This document shows positions 8,621 through 16,587 of a stretch of DNA of 64,000 nucleotides, piece by piece. The DNA is from an uncultured virus (IMG/VR IMGVR_UViG_3300035510_000375) (Duplodnaviria; Heunggongvirae; Uroviricota; Caudoviricetes): the IMG/VR virus record IMGVR_UViG_3300035510_000375, one strand, 5' to 3'. The translations under genes were made by a program, and so were the position numbers. Numbering within the stretch: position 1 is the stretch's first letter; each line of letters starts with the position of its first letter. A model generated the notes under the pieces. The model was not told the DNA's origin. It made no database searches and saw only the letters and a list, made by a program, of their open reading frames with translations.

Positions 8621-9200
8621 TCGGAATGGCGAGATTCGAACTCACAACGTCTCGGTCTAGGAAAATCTTAGATTATTCTACTATTCTCCTTTCAATTTGG
8701 AAATTTGATTTTGTAATTCATACACTTCTGCAAGATGAATACCTTGTTTTTGATTATTTGAAGGATACTCATACCTAAGACGAAATGTAGTTTTACCTGC
8801 TATTTCAGAAATAGGAATTAAATATGATTTGCCTTCAAAATAAGTATAAAACATATCAACTTCATCTTCTGAATAAGTTTTTCTAATGGTTGTTTTTGTA
8901 TTTGTTGTAGATGTTCTTGTAGAAATTTCAAATGCAACTTTTTCTTTTATAGTGTCTTTTGACCAACTCGCAGTTTTACATTGAATTCTATACAATTTAT
9001 TATCAATATCAACTACAACATCATATCTTGCACAATTCCCATAAGGAATAGAACAATGATAACCTAAATCAATAAATGTTTTTATACATTCAAGTTCAGT
9101 TATCATACCTTTGCTTAATGTATTATCCATATTTTATTTTCATAGAATAAAAATCTCTTTTCCCAAGCCGAGTGGACTAGCCAAATTGTCCTACATTCCA
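8621..9200 (-). tRNA. Split tRNA-Pro(UGG): 5' half 9163-9200, 3' half 8621-8657, 505-nt insert
   Basis: Joined halves give an intact cloverleaf: TGGAATG/CATTCCG acceptor, CTCGG-CT-TGG-GA-CCGAG, GTGAG-TTCGAAT-CTCGC. Confidence 0.85.
8681..9130 (-). CDS. PD-(D/E)XK homing endonuclease (PDDEXK_5-like) inside split tRNA-Pro
   Basis: KGMITE...YDVVVD...RIQCKT...YSEDEVDMF; paralog of 7849-8265. Confidence 0.85.
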   Translation of the reverse strand: MDNTLSKGMITELECIKTFIDLGYHCSIPYGNCARYDVVVDIDNKLYRIQCKTASWSKDTIKEKVAFEISTRTSTTNTKTTIRKTYSEDEVDMFYTYFEGKSYLIPISEIAGKTTFRLRYEYPSNNQKQGIHLAEVYELQNQISKLKGE

Positions 9201-9251
9201 AAGGCGGGAACCCCGACTAAAAACTCTGAGCCAAAGCCCCCGCAATATAAT

Positions 9252-9313
9252 AACAAGATAGTATTTTTACATAGCCTTCTGTAAATGATAAAGTATTGCT
9301 GTAACTATCTTTA
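9252..9313 (-). ncRNA. ACAGCAA stem-closed RNA motif, copy 4
   Basis: AAGATAGT-T-ACAGCAAT...ACTATCTT-GTT. Confidence 0.65.
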
Positions 9314-9327
9314 TAAAATTATTTTTT

Positions 9328-9452
9328 ATAGGTAACCTTCGCGAAACCTATTGGCTAGACTGATAACTTATATAGTCTCGCATATCTCTTGCGCTTAACT
9401 ATTCCCTCTCAGTCCGCACTACCGTTTGAATGAGATATTTGCAACGAAGGTT
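9328..9452 (-). ncRNA. About 125-nt multi-stem RNA candidate downstream of tRNA-Leu
   Basis: AACCTTCG/CGAAGGTT closing stem, ATATCTC/GAGATAT, AGACT/AGTCT, plus ATAGGT/ACCTAT possible pseudoknot. Confidence 0.45.
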
Positions 9453-9457
9453 TTAAA

Positions 9458-9874
9458 TGCGGGAGGTGGGATTCGAACCCACACGACCGAGGTCCTGGGA
9501 TTTTCTTACTACTCTATGTTACCATAGCCACTTAAAAGTGTTGTAGTCTGGACTATGTCTTCTCCATATCATTAAGACTTAGGAGGATGGTGTATTTCAT
9601 AATAATTTTAAGATTTATTAAAATTAATTTATATTTCATAGATGGAATAATATATGGTTCAATCATGGAGAAAATTTCATTGCTTCTTTTTCCATCCTAA
9701 AATTATTATTAGTCTCTACACATTTATCAAATTAAAAATAATTTGAATTTAGCTCGGCGTTCTCCTAGCTCTTCGCCGAATTAGCCATCATTCACACTAA
9801 AAGTTTCCTAGTAGGTGCTCTACTTACGTTGCTAGGATAAAAGTCCCATGCGGCTGCCTTTACGCCACTCCCGC
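9458..9874 (-). tRNA. tRNA-Leu(UAA) with group I intron (exons 9841-9874 and 9458-9504)
   Basis: Spliced anticodon arm TGGGA-CT-T^AA-AA-TCCCA, long variable arm, GGTTCGAATCC. Confidence 0.9.
9505..9840 (-). mobile_element. Group I intron in the tRNA-Leu anticodon with endonuclease remnant
   Basis: Follows exon U, ends in G; core-like AATTCGGCGAA, TAGAGACTA, ACATAGTCC; internal fragment translating as IEPYIIPSMKYKL. Confidence 0.88.
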
Positions 9875-10167
9875 TTAAAAAAGACTTTTCCATAATAACA
9901 TAAAGTCATAAAAAGTTATTATGAGGTTCGCTATCTACTGCTAGCGCTACGCTCTCTTCAACAGTACAGTTCCGGGTTATCTTTAAGTCCTTTGGCGACC
10001 ATGTGACGGGGACTCTGTCAATGCCATCTCAAAAACCTTCCCACAACATTTCAATATCGAATATCATTTTCTTTACCTGAACGTCGCTTTCTTTTACCTC
10101 TTGGAGTAGAGAACAGGTTCATCTTTTACTTCATTACCTGCGTTTGAAAGTGCTCTTGTCGAGCAAA

Positions 10168-10235
10168 AACCTAATGCTGGAATTGAACCAACGACTTCAG
10201 AGTTTCTGACATATTCCCACTATACTAATTAGGTT
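10168..10235 (-). ncRNA. tRNA-like element with 3-nt anticodon loop (pseudo-tRNA or mimic)
   Basis: AACCTAAT/ATTAGGTT acceptor, TCAGA-AAC-TCTGA arm, GTTGG-TTCAATT-CCAGC T-arm. Confidence 0.55.
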
Positions 10236-10389
10236 GATAGACTATTGTGCGTTCTCCGGTCTATCGGCGATCCAGCTAATTTTTATATTGTAAACTATTT
10301 ATATAAATAGAATTAACTCTTTTTTCCTTATTTCTTTATCTTATGTATATATTATAACATAAAATTTATTAAAAATCAAAAATATTTTA

Positions 10390-10800
10390 AGACTGTGCTG
10401 TTGAATTTTACACCATTTTTAGCCTGTCATAAAGAGGAAAAAATTGGTTTTGTTTTCGGTAAAGGCACAAAACCTAAGCCTCTATGAAAAAGCTCCCCTA
10501 CGCATCTACAAGTGCGGATACCCGCATCTCTTACTCATAATTAAATAAGTATGCTATACTTACACCAACCTGTTCTACGGAACGGGAGAAAAAGACATAC
10601 CCCAATTGTCTACACTACTTACTTTATTTTAAGTGGCTAAGCTTTTTGATCTAGGGATACCACTCAAGTTCCATAATTTGGCAAGGGAACCTTCTAAATG
10701 ATGCCAGTATTCAGTGATACCTCACAAAGGGTTTTACTCTTCCAGCCCAATCAAAGTCACTTATCTATCTTTATACAGCACGTAAGCCGCTGTTGCTTAA
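10390..10800 (-). ncRNA. Large (about 400 nt) ORF-free structured RNA candidate
   Basis: End pairing GTGCTGT/ACAGCAC, internal stems (AGTGG/CCACT, GGTTTTGT/ACAAAACC), embedded tRNA-like domain at 10512-10570. Confidence 0.45.
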
Positions 10801-10855
10801 CTTATAAGTTATTTAAGCCAAAAGCAATAATGATATTTCTATCAGTATTTGCTAG

Positions 10856-10926
10856 TTGCGGGGACGGGACTTGAACCCGTGTCTCTGGGGTATGAACCCA
10901 GCAAGGAGCCGCTCCTCTACCCCGCA
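10856..10926 (-). tRNA. tRNA-Met(CAU), initiator-like
   Basis: CTGGG-TT-CAT-AC-CCCAG with three G-C pairs at the base of the anticodon stem. Confidence 0.85.
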
Positions 10927-11012
10927 ATATTTGCTCCCGTTTTGTTTTAATGATCTTTCCTTGGGATAATCCACAAGCACCAAAGGCAGTTTTATAGGGA
11001 GCTCTGCACATG

Positions 11013-11087
11013 TCACCCGACTGGTGCACGATACCAGATTACAGCATTGAAAGCGCTGTGTCCTAGTCCAACTTAGACGACCGGGCG
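11013..11087 (-). tRNA. tRNA-Glu(UUC)
   Basis: CAGCG-CT-TTC-AA-TGCTG; atypical T-loop. Confidence 0.75.
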
Positions 11088-11222
11088 AAGGTGCGGTTTA
11101 AGGTTAACCGCAAACCAAACATTTGAGAGAGGTTACAATATTTAAAACAAAAACTTTTTTATTTCTTTATCTTATGTATATATTATAACATAAAATTTTT
11201 AAAAAATCAATTAATTTTTAAA

Positions 11223-11295
11223 AGTTGATAATGAGATTCGAACTCATGATGCTGATTTTGCGGACCAGCCCCTTAGACCACTTGGATATATCAAC
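11223..11295 (-). tRNA. tRNA-Cys(GCA)
   Basis: CTGGT-CC-GCA-AA-ATCAG (C33 instead of U33), U73 discriminator, TTCGAAT loop. Confidence 0.8.
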
Positions 11296-11305
11296 ATATT
11301 TCCAA

Positions 11306-11395
11306 CGAAGAGGGAGGGATTTAAACCCTCACCCCATATAAATAACCTACACCCTTAGTAGGGGCGCCTCTTCAGCCATACTTGAGTACCGCTCC
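11306..11395 (-). pseudogene. Degenerate tRNA-Ser (anticodon ACT, probably derived from GCT)
   Basis: GGAGCGGTACTCAAGT..GAAGAGG Ser-type body with mismatched acceptor and variable arms and a TTTAAAT T-loop. Confidence 0.65.
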
Positions 11396-11459
11396 ATTTT
11401 TAAATGTTTTATTTCTTTACTTTATATATATTATAACATAAAATTTTATAAAAATCAAA

Positions 11460-12215
11460 TTACCATTTATTACTAAACACATGATCGCCAATAGAGAATT
11501 TAGGATGATTTAGGCTTCTACTAAAATAAACGCAATCACTTAAATCAAGAGTCTGATTATTATAATAAACTGTCTTATTTCCTTGTAAAGCATACTCTGC
11601 GGCAGCTATTATACTATCATCCATCTCTCCATTATCATAACAATTTAGTCCAGATTCAAAAGAACCATTACTAACAGGAGAAAACTGATGCGGTGATGTG
11701 ATTACATCATACACAGTATTTTTAAACTCTGCGGACTCTACCCTATTCATCACAACAATACCAACTGCTTGTTGACCTGCGGCGCATTGACCTCGCGCTT
11801 CCGCCCATATAATTGCAGATAAATACCTTAAATCAGATGAAGATACATCTTCTTTAGCTTCTACTATTGTTACTGTTGGAGTTGGTGTGCTAGTAGAAGT
11901 TGGTACTGGTGTACTAGTAGGAGTAGGAGTTACAGTTGGTATTGCTTCTATTGATATAGATTCCGTCTGTATCTCTAACTCTTGAGGCTTTTCAGCCTCT
12001 GCAATAGTAGGTGTTACTGTAAATAATACCTCATTAGTTTCTACGTCAACAATAGTAAGAGTTGTTAAGATTGGCGCGGGTGTCGGTGTTTCCGCCTCAA
12101 TACTCTCTTCTATTATTTCTGACTGTGCTTGGCTATCAATAACAATAGCGCAAGGTGTCACGACAAAAAAACTCATAAAGATACTTGCCGCAACAATTCT
12201 TTTCATTAAATTCAT
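11460..12215 (-). CDS. Cell wall hydrolase (SleB / Hydrolase_2 family) with signal anchor and Pro/Thr linker
   Basis: AIIWAEARGQ...VVMNRV...QFSPV...IGDHVF. Confidence 0.88.
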   Translation of the reverse strand: MNLMKRIVAASIFMSFFVVTPCAIVIDSQAQSEIIEESIEAETPTPAPILTTLTIVDVETNEVLFTVTPTIAEAEKPQELEIQTESISIEAIPTVTPTPTSTPVPTSTSTPTPTVTIVEAKEDVSSSDLRYLSAIIWAEARGQCAAGQQAVGIVVMNRVESAEFKNTVYDVITSPHQFSPVSNGSFESGLNCYDNGEMDDSIIAAAEYALQGNKTVYYNNQTLDLSDCVYFSRSLNHPKFSIGDHVFSNKW

Positions 12216-12280
12216 TTTTTCTTACCTTTCTTCTAGTTTTTGCGAAAAAACTATTAGAAACAAGTATAGAAAATAATTCA

Positions 12281-12544
12281 TTATTTTCTCATTGAAGATT
12301 TCCAATAAGCCATCCACTCATCATAGGAATATCTTTCTCTTATCCAAGGCTTGCCCTTCCAATCTTGAATCGCTTGTTCCTTACTCCAATAACCAGCCCA
12401 TGTTCCTCCGCCTGAAGAATGTCTGCGGTAGGCGCCGCCATTGGGAATTTCCGCAAGCTTATCGTGTCTAAGTCGCCGGTTCAGATAACGATAATCTTCT
12501 TTTTCGTATATTACTATTGGGAATTTTTTATAAGATCTCGACAT
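12281..12544 (-). CDS. Hypothetical phage protein (MSRSYKK start)
   Basis: GGAGG RBS supports a start at 12544 rather than 12604. Confidence 0.65.
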   Translation of the reverse strand: MSRSYKKFPIVIYEKEDYRYLNRRLRHDKLAEIPNGGAYRRHSSGGGTWAGYWSKEQAIQDWKGKPWIRERYSYDEWMAYWKSSMRK

Positions 12545-12619
12545 ATATAATACCTCCATTTTTAAAGTATTACATACTACGCATCTCCTTCCTTTTTGCG
12601 TCATATTTATTTTAAAAAT

Positions 12620-12910
12620 TTAAATAATAAAATTAATCTGTCTTGCCTTTGCGTTAATAAAATTTTTATATCTTCTCATATCATTTTGATTATTCCAAGA
12701 GTAAACTAATACATCACGTTCTTGGTTATATTTAATATGTGAAACATTATATTCATTCTTTAACAATAGAATAAAGTCAGTTAGAGAGATATTTAAAATG
12801 CGGGCGGGCAGATACCACGCGCCTGAACCATGCCCTAAATCTGATACATCGTTGCAAAACCATCTGCCCGTAGGGCTTTGCCATTCATTTAATTTAAAAA
12901 CATGACTCAT
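12620..12910 (-). CDS. Hypothetical phage protein
   Basis: AGGAG RBS, co-oriented operon. Confidence 0.7.
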   Translation of the reverse strand: MSHVFKLNEWQSPTGRWFCNDVSDLGHGSGAWYLPARILNISLTDFILLLKNEYNVSHIKYNQERDVLVYSWNNQNDMRRYKNFINAKARQINFII

Positions 12911-12922
12911 AATAATCTCCTT

Positions 12923-13225
12923 TTATAAACCTAACCTAGCTACCAATTCAGCTACATTCTGTTTTTCTTCTTCTGAAGGCTCAATTGCTGTACTAACTGT
13001 AGGGGCATCCGCAAATTGTACTGATTCTACTTGTGCGCCAGGTATGTCTATATCCGAATCTCGCTCCACATTAGTCTTAGCTGCAGTGAGTGTTACTTTA
13101 ATCTGAACTTCAGCGCCATCTTCCATCATAGGTATGCGCAGCTCTTTATCATAACGAAATGCGCCTGGAAACACTTCTAATATTTTTGCAATTATTTTTT
13201 CTTTCGACTCTGATCCTTTTGCCAT
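12923..13225 (-). CDS. Hypothetical phage protein
   Basis: Coupled start/stop with the upstream ORF. Confidence 0.7.
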   Translation of the reverse strand: MAKGSESKEKIIAKILEVFPGAFRYDKELRIPMMEDGAEVQIKVTLTAAKTNVERDSDIDIPGAQVESVQFADAPTVSTAIEPSEEEKQNVAELVARLGL

Positions 13226-13431
13226 TATACTACATCTCCATATTCTTCTATTACTTCTGTAGCAGAAGCTACTAAAACTTCATACAAATCTAAAAGTGGC
13301 ATATCTCTTGATTTAGCTATTTCCTCAATTACCATCGCTAGTACAGGAATATCAAATTCATAAGACTTATAGCTTGATATTACATCAGTTATTACATTTA
13401 CATCATTTAACGCGTCTTTAATAGTATTCAT
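13225..13431 (-). CDS. Hypothetical protein
   Basis: RBS plus upstream repeated promoter. Confidence 0.65.
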   Translation of the reverse strand: MNTIKDALNDVNVITDVISSYKSYEFDIPVLAMVIEEIAKSRDMPLLDLYEVLVASATEVIEEYGDVV

Positions 13432-13490
13432 TTTTTATTTCCTTTCCTTATTTTCATATATATTATATCATAAATTTTATTAAAATTCAA

Positions 13491-14309
13491 TTATTTTTCA
13501 AAAGTAAACACTAAATTATCCTTCTCTAGTTGCTCTGAAAGTTGCGCGGTGGCGTTACATATGTTACATCCCGCGCCTTTGAGACAGCGCTTTCCGCACT
13601 TCACCCTACGTTCCGCAAAAGTAGGCAATAGGTAACGACTATCTAAATCACTATCAAAGTCTATAATAATCTCTTTTAATTTACCGAGCCACTTCTTATC
13701 TTTTGCATAAATCTCATAATAGGTAGAATTGCGGTTGATAGGTCCATAGAACTCATAAACATCTACATACTTTGAGTAATAAAGTTCATCTTCTGGTCTA
13801 ATAAAAAACTTATGTAAAGGTGCGGAGTCCGCCCAGCAAGACTGTGCTACGTTAGGAAAGCACCTTACTTCAATATTAAATAAATGCAAATGATTAGACA
13901 CCTTATCTAATTCAAAGCCTAAATCCTCTGTAATATAAATACTCGATGGTTTTAACCTAGTATATCCCCATAAAGTGTCCCAATTGGTAACATGAGTATT
14001 GAAGAAATATTTATATTTTACTTTACTTTCTACAATAGCATTAAATACCTCTTTAACTGGACCTGTATATGGGTTAAGCTTAAAACAGATATCAAGATTT
14101 GGATTTTCTGCGGAAATGGCATCAAAAATTCTAATACAATCATTTTCTAGGAAATCTTGTTCATCCGCAATATAAATATTTATTCTTTGTTCTTTATGAG
14201 CATTTAAAAATCGTACTAACGTAGTATCTTTTCTATTGTAAGTGATAGTAATTTCGTCTACTTCATTTAAATATTTAAATTCTCTCTGATAATTAACACA
14301 ATATTTCAT
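13491..14309 (-). CDS. Conserved phage protein with C-terminal Cys cluster, possibly peptidase U32-like
   Basis: FFIRPED motif and CxxxCxxxxxCxxC; family assignment tentative. Confidence 0.5.
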   Translation of the reverse strand: MKYCVNYQREFKYLNEVDEITITYNRKDTTLVRFLNAHKEQRINIYIADEQDFLENDCIRIFDAISAENPNLDICFKLNPYTGPVKEVFNAIVESKVKYKYFFNTHVTNWDTLWGYTRLKPSSIYITEDLGFELDKVSNHLHLFNIEVRCFPNVAQSCWADSAPLHKFFIRPEDELYYSKYVDVYEFYGPINRNSTYYEIYAKDKKWLGKLKEIIIDFDSDLDSRYLLPTFAERRVKCGKRCLKGAGCNICNATAQLSEQLEKDNLVFTFEK

Positions 14310-14367
14310 TTTGTACTCCTGATAAGAAAAGGGGTAGGAGGCTATCCTACCCTTCGTATTTATATTA

Positions 14368-14754
14368 CTATGCGAGCTTATAGCCCATTACCTTTGACCT
14401 TGCGCCCTCTACCTTAATCTCTTCCTTAGCAACCTTACCTTCCTTAGCAAGCTTTGTAAGTCTACTAACTACCTTAGCCTTAGTAACTTCTTCATCATCA
14501 ATGAGAATCGTAATCTTTGCAGCGGTCTGAAATTCATCTGTAAGTACCGAAAGGATTGTATCAACGAGTTCATCTGGCTCTGTTGCCTTCTCTTTTCTGC
14601 GGGCTGCTGCCTTGTCTGCCTTATTGTCAATTGATTCAATTTGCTTATCAATGAAAGCTACAATCTCTTCTATATTCTCAACATCTGAAGCCTCTACGAT
14701 AGGTCTAATCATTTCAAAATACTGTTTCTTTGTTGTCTTTACTGTGTCTGCCAT
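14368..14754 (-). CDS. Putative winged-helix DNA-binding protein, paralog A
   Basis: TKKQYF...IVEASDVEN shared with 23601-23969 and 26798-27202; C-terminal HTH-wing pattern. Confidence 0.7.
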   Translation of the reverse strand: MADTVKTTKKQYFEMIRPIVEASDVENIEEIVAFIDKQIESIDNKADKAAARRKEKATEPDELVDTILSVLTDEFQTAAKITILIDDEEVTKAKVVSRLTKLAKEGKVAKEEIKVEGARSKVMGYKLA

Positions 14755-14814
14755 AATATTATGTCTCCTTTATTCTTTATTGTATATATATTATATCATA
14801 AAATTTTTCAAAAT

Positions 14815-15900
14815 TCAAGTTTCATATACATCTATTCCTGTTATTTCCTTAAATATATTCGCATCAAAGTTTGGAAGTGCCTTGATGACATCTTTTTCTC
14901 TGTTTGACAGACTGTTCCACCAAATCTGACCACATTCAGATTCATCAAGTTCTTTCAGATAACCGCCTGTTGTCTTATATTCAGGATGCTGTTCTTTTTC
15001 TTCATCAGTCATATCATCTGACCAAATCCATTCAAGAACATTTTTCTGAATTTTATTCAACAGTCTTCTTGCTTCTGAATTCCACCAATCCCTGAAAGTC
15101 CAATCAGAAGGTTTATTGAACATCAGAATCTTTGCTTCTTTGGTATTAAAACAGCCACTTGAAAAAGAAGTCTTGTTCCAATCACCGCTGTTCCTGTTAC
15201 CGCTGTTGTAGTCACCGCTGTTCTTGTTACCGCTGTTGCAATCACCGCTGTTATAATCACCGCTGTTCCTGTTACCGCTGTTGTAGTCACCGCTGTTCTT
15301 GTTACCGCTGTTACAATCACCGCTGTTCCTGTTACCGCTGTTGCAATCACCGCTGTTGCAATCACCGCTGTTGCAATCACCGCTGTTCTTGCTACCGCTG
15401 TTGCAATCACCGCTGTTCCTGTTACTGCTGTTGTGGTCACCGCTGTTCCTGTTACCGCTGTTGCAATCACCGCTGTTCTTGTTACCGCTGTTGCAATCAC
15501 CGCTGTTGTAATCACCGCTGTTCCTGTTACCGCTGTTGTGGTCACCGCTGTTCCTGTTACCGCTGTTGCAATCACCGCTGTTGCAAAATCCTGTGTTGGC
15601 TTTTCCCATATTGACCATTTTCAAAACTTCTTCCCAACTGATTTCACGAACAATTTTGATTTTGTTGGTGCAACATTTGCTGTCATCATCTTGGGTGTCA
15701 ATATCACCAAGTGCTTCAATCTCTGCAACCTTGTTTTCAGGATTGAATTTATAATAATTGAAGCAGTCTTTCAGTTCTTTGCAGAAGTGAAATCCTCTGT
15801 TGCAACAGGAAGGTGTCACATCTTCTTCAAATACTTCACCAACTGCATATTGAAAACCTCTGCATGTCCAATCAGGTTCAAAAACTTTATATCCTTTCAT
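14815..15900 (-). CDS. Pentapeptide-repeat protein (NSGDC/NSGNR)
   Basis: About 27 tandem 5-aa repeats between N- and C-terminal globular domains. Confidence 0.88.
   Translation of the reverse strand: MKGYKVFEPDWTCRGFQYAVGEVFEEDVTPSCCNRGFHFCKELKDCFNYYKFNPENKVAEIEALGDIDTQDDDSKCCTNKIKIVREISWEEVLKMVNMGKANTGFCNSGDCNSGNRNSGDHNSGNRNSGDYNSGDCNSGNKNSGDCNSGNRNSGDHNSSNRNSGDCNSGSKNSGDCNSGDCNSGDCNSGNRNSGDCNSGNKNSGDYNSGNRNSGDYNSGDCNSGNKNSGDYNSGNRNSGDWNKTSFSSGCFNTKEAKILMFNKPSDWTFRDWWNSEARRLLNKIQKNVLEWIWSDDMTDEEKEQHPEYKTTGGYLKELDESECGQIWWNSLSNREKDVIKALPNFDANIFKEITGIDVYET
15181..15585. repeat. 15-bp coding tandem repeat
   Basis: (RTYACCGCTGTTNNN)n array. Confidence 0.95.
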
Positions 15901-15916
15901 TTATTAACACCTCTTT

Positions 15917-16108
15917 CTAAAATAAATATGTTATTTTTCTTAAATCTGAATCTGTAAAATCAGAATCGGAGAGATTGTATGTACTAAAAATCTCTGTAGC
16001 GGCTTCCTGTAGAGAATAACCTGCGGCTGCCGCATCCTCAAAAGCTGGTAATACCATATCTAAATTTTGCTGACTTTGCTTGATCCAGTTATTCATTCCT
16101 AACATCAT
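15917..16108 (-). CDS. Hypothetical protein
   Basis: Overlaps the stop of the upstream gene. Confidence 0.55.
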   Translation of the reverse strand: MMLGMNNWIKQSQQNLDMVLPAFEDAAAAGYSLQEAATEIFSTYNLSDSDFTDSDLRKITYLF

Positions 16109-16368
16109 AAGAAACTATCGCCTTTCGCTTCATATTCTTCTTTTGAAATTTCTTGCCAGTCCCACCAAGCACCCTTTAAATAATTAAAGCACCCTTCTGC
16201 AGATGTTATCTCGCCTTCCGCTTCTTCATATTCCTTCAATTTATAATTGGAAAAATTAATTGCTAATTGATAACTTACTGAATCAACATCTACAGAATTA
16301 TCAAATGCTACCCAATAGGATTTATAATTAAAATAAACGTGCCCTACTGTTATTTTATAATATTTCAT
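16105..16368 (-). CDS. Hypothetical protein
   Basis: RBS plus repeated promoter. Confidence 0.65.
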   Translation of the reverse strand: MKYYKITVGHVYFNYKSYWVAFDNSVDVDSVSYQLAINFSNYKLKEYEEAEGEITSAEGCFNYLKGAWWDWQEISKEEYEAKGDSFL

Positions 16369-16587
16369 TTTCTATTCCTTTTCCTTTATCTTATGTATAT
16401 ATTATAACATAAATTTTAATAAAAATAAAATAATATTTTTAATTTTAATACATATTTATAAGAGCAATTACACCTAGCATAGCCATTGTAAAAGCGGCAT
16501 AACTATCTTCTTCATCTTCAGCGGTAATAGTTTGATACAACATTAAAAAAATTATAATTAATAGTGCAACAATCATTAACATAATAA

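Noticed and set aside
7840..9162. Group I introns or canonical BHB introns as explanation for the Lys and Pro inserts
   Set aside because: No room or motifs for a P3-P7 core; junction pairing is near-continuous rather than 3-4-3 bulge-helix-bulge.
14904..15957. Alternative-frame ORFs (Cys/Arg-rich, TAV-rich, PLLQS-rich)
   Set aside because: Artefacts of the stop-free 15-bp repeat; only 14815-15900 has an RBS and non-repetitive flanking domains.
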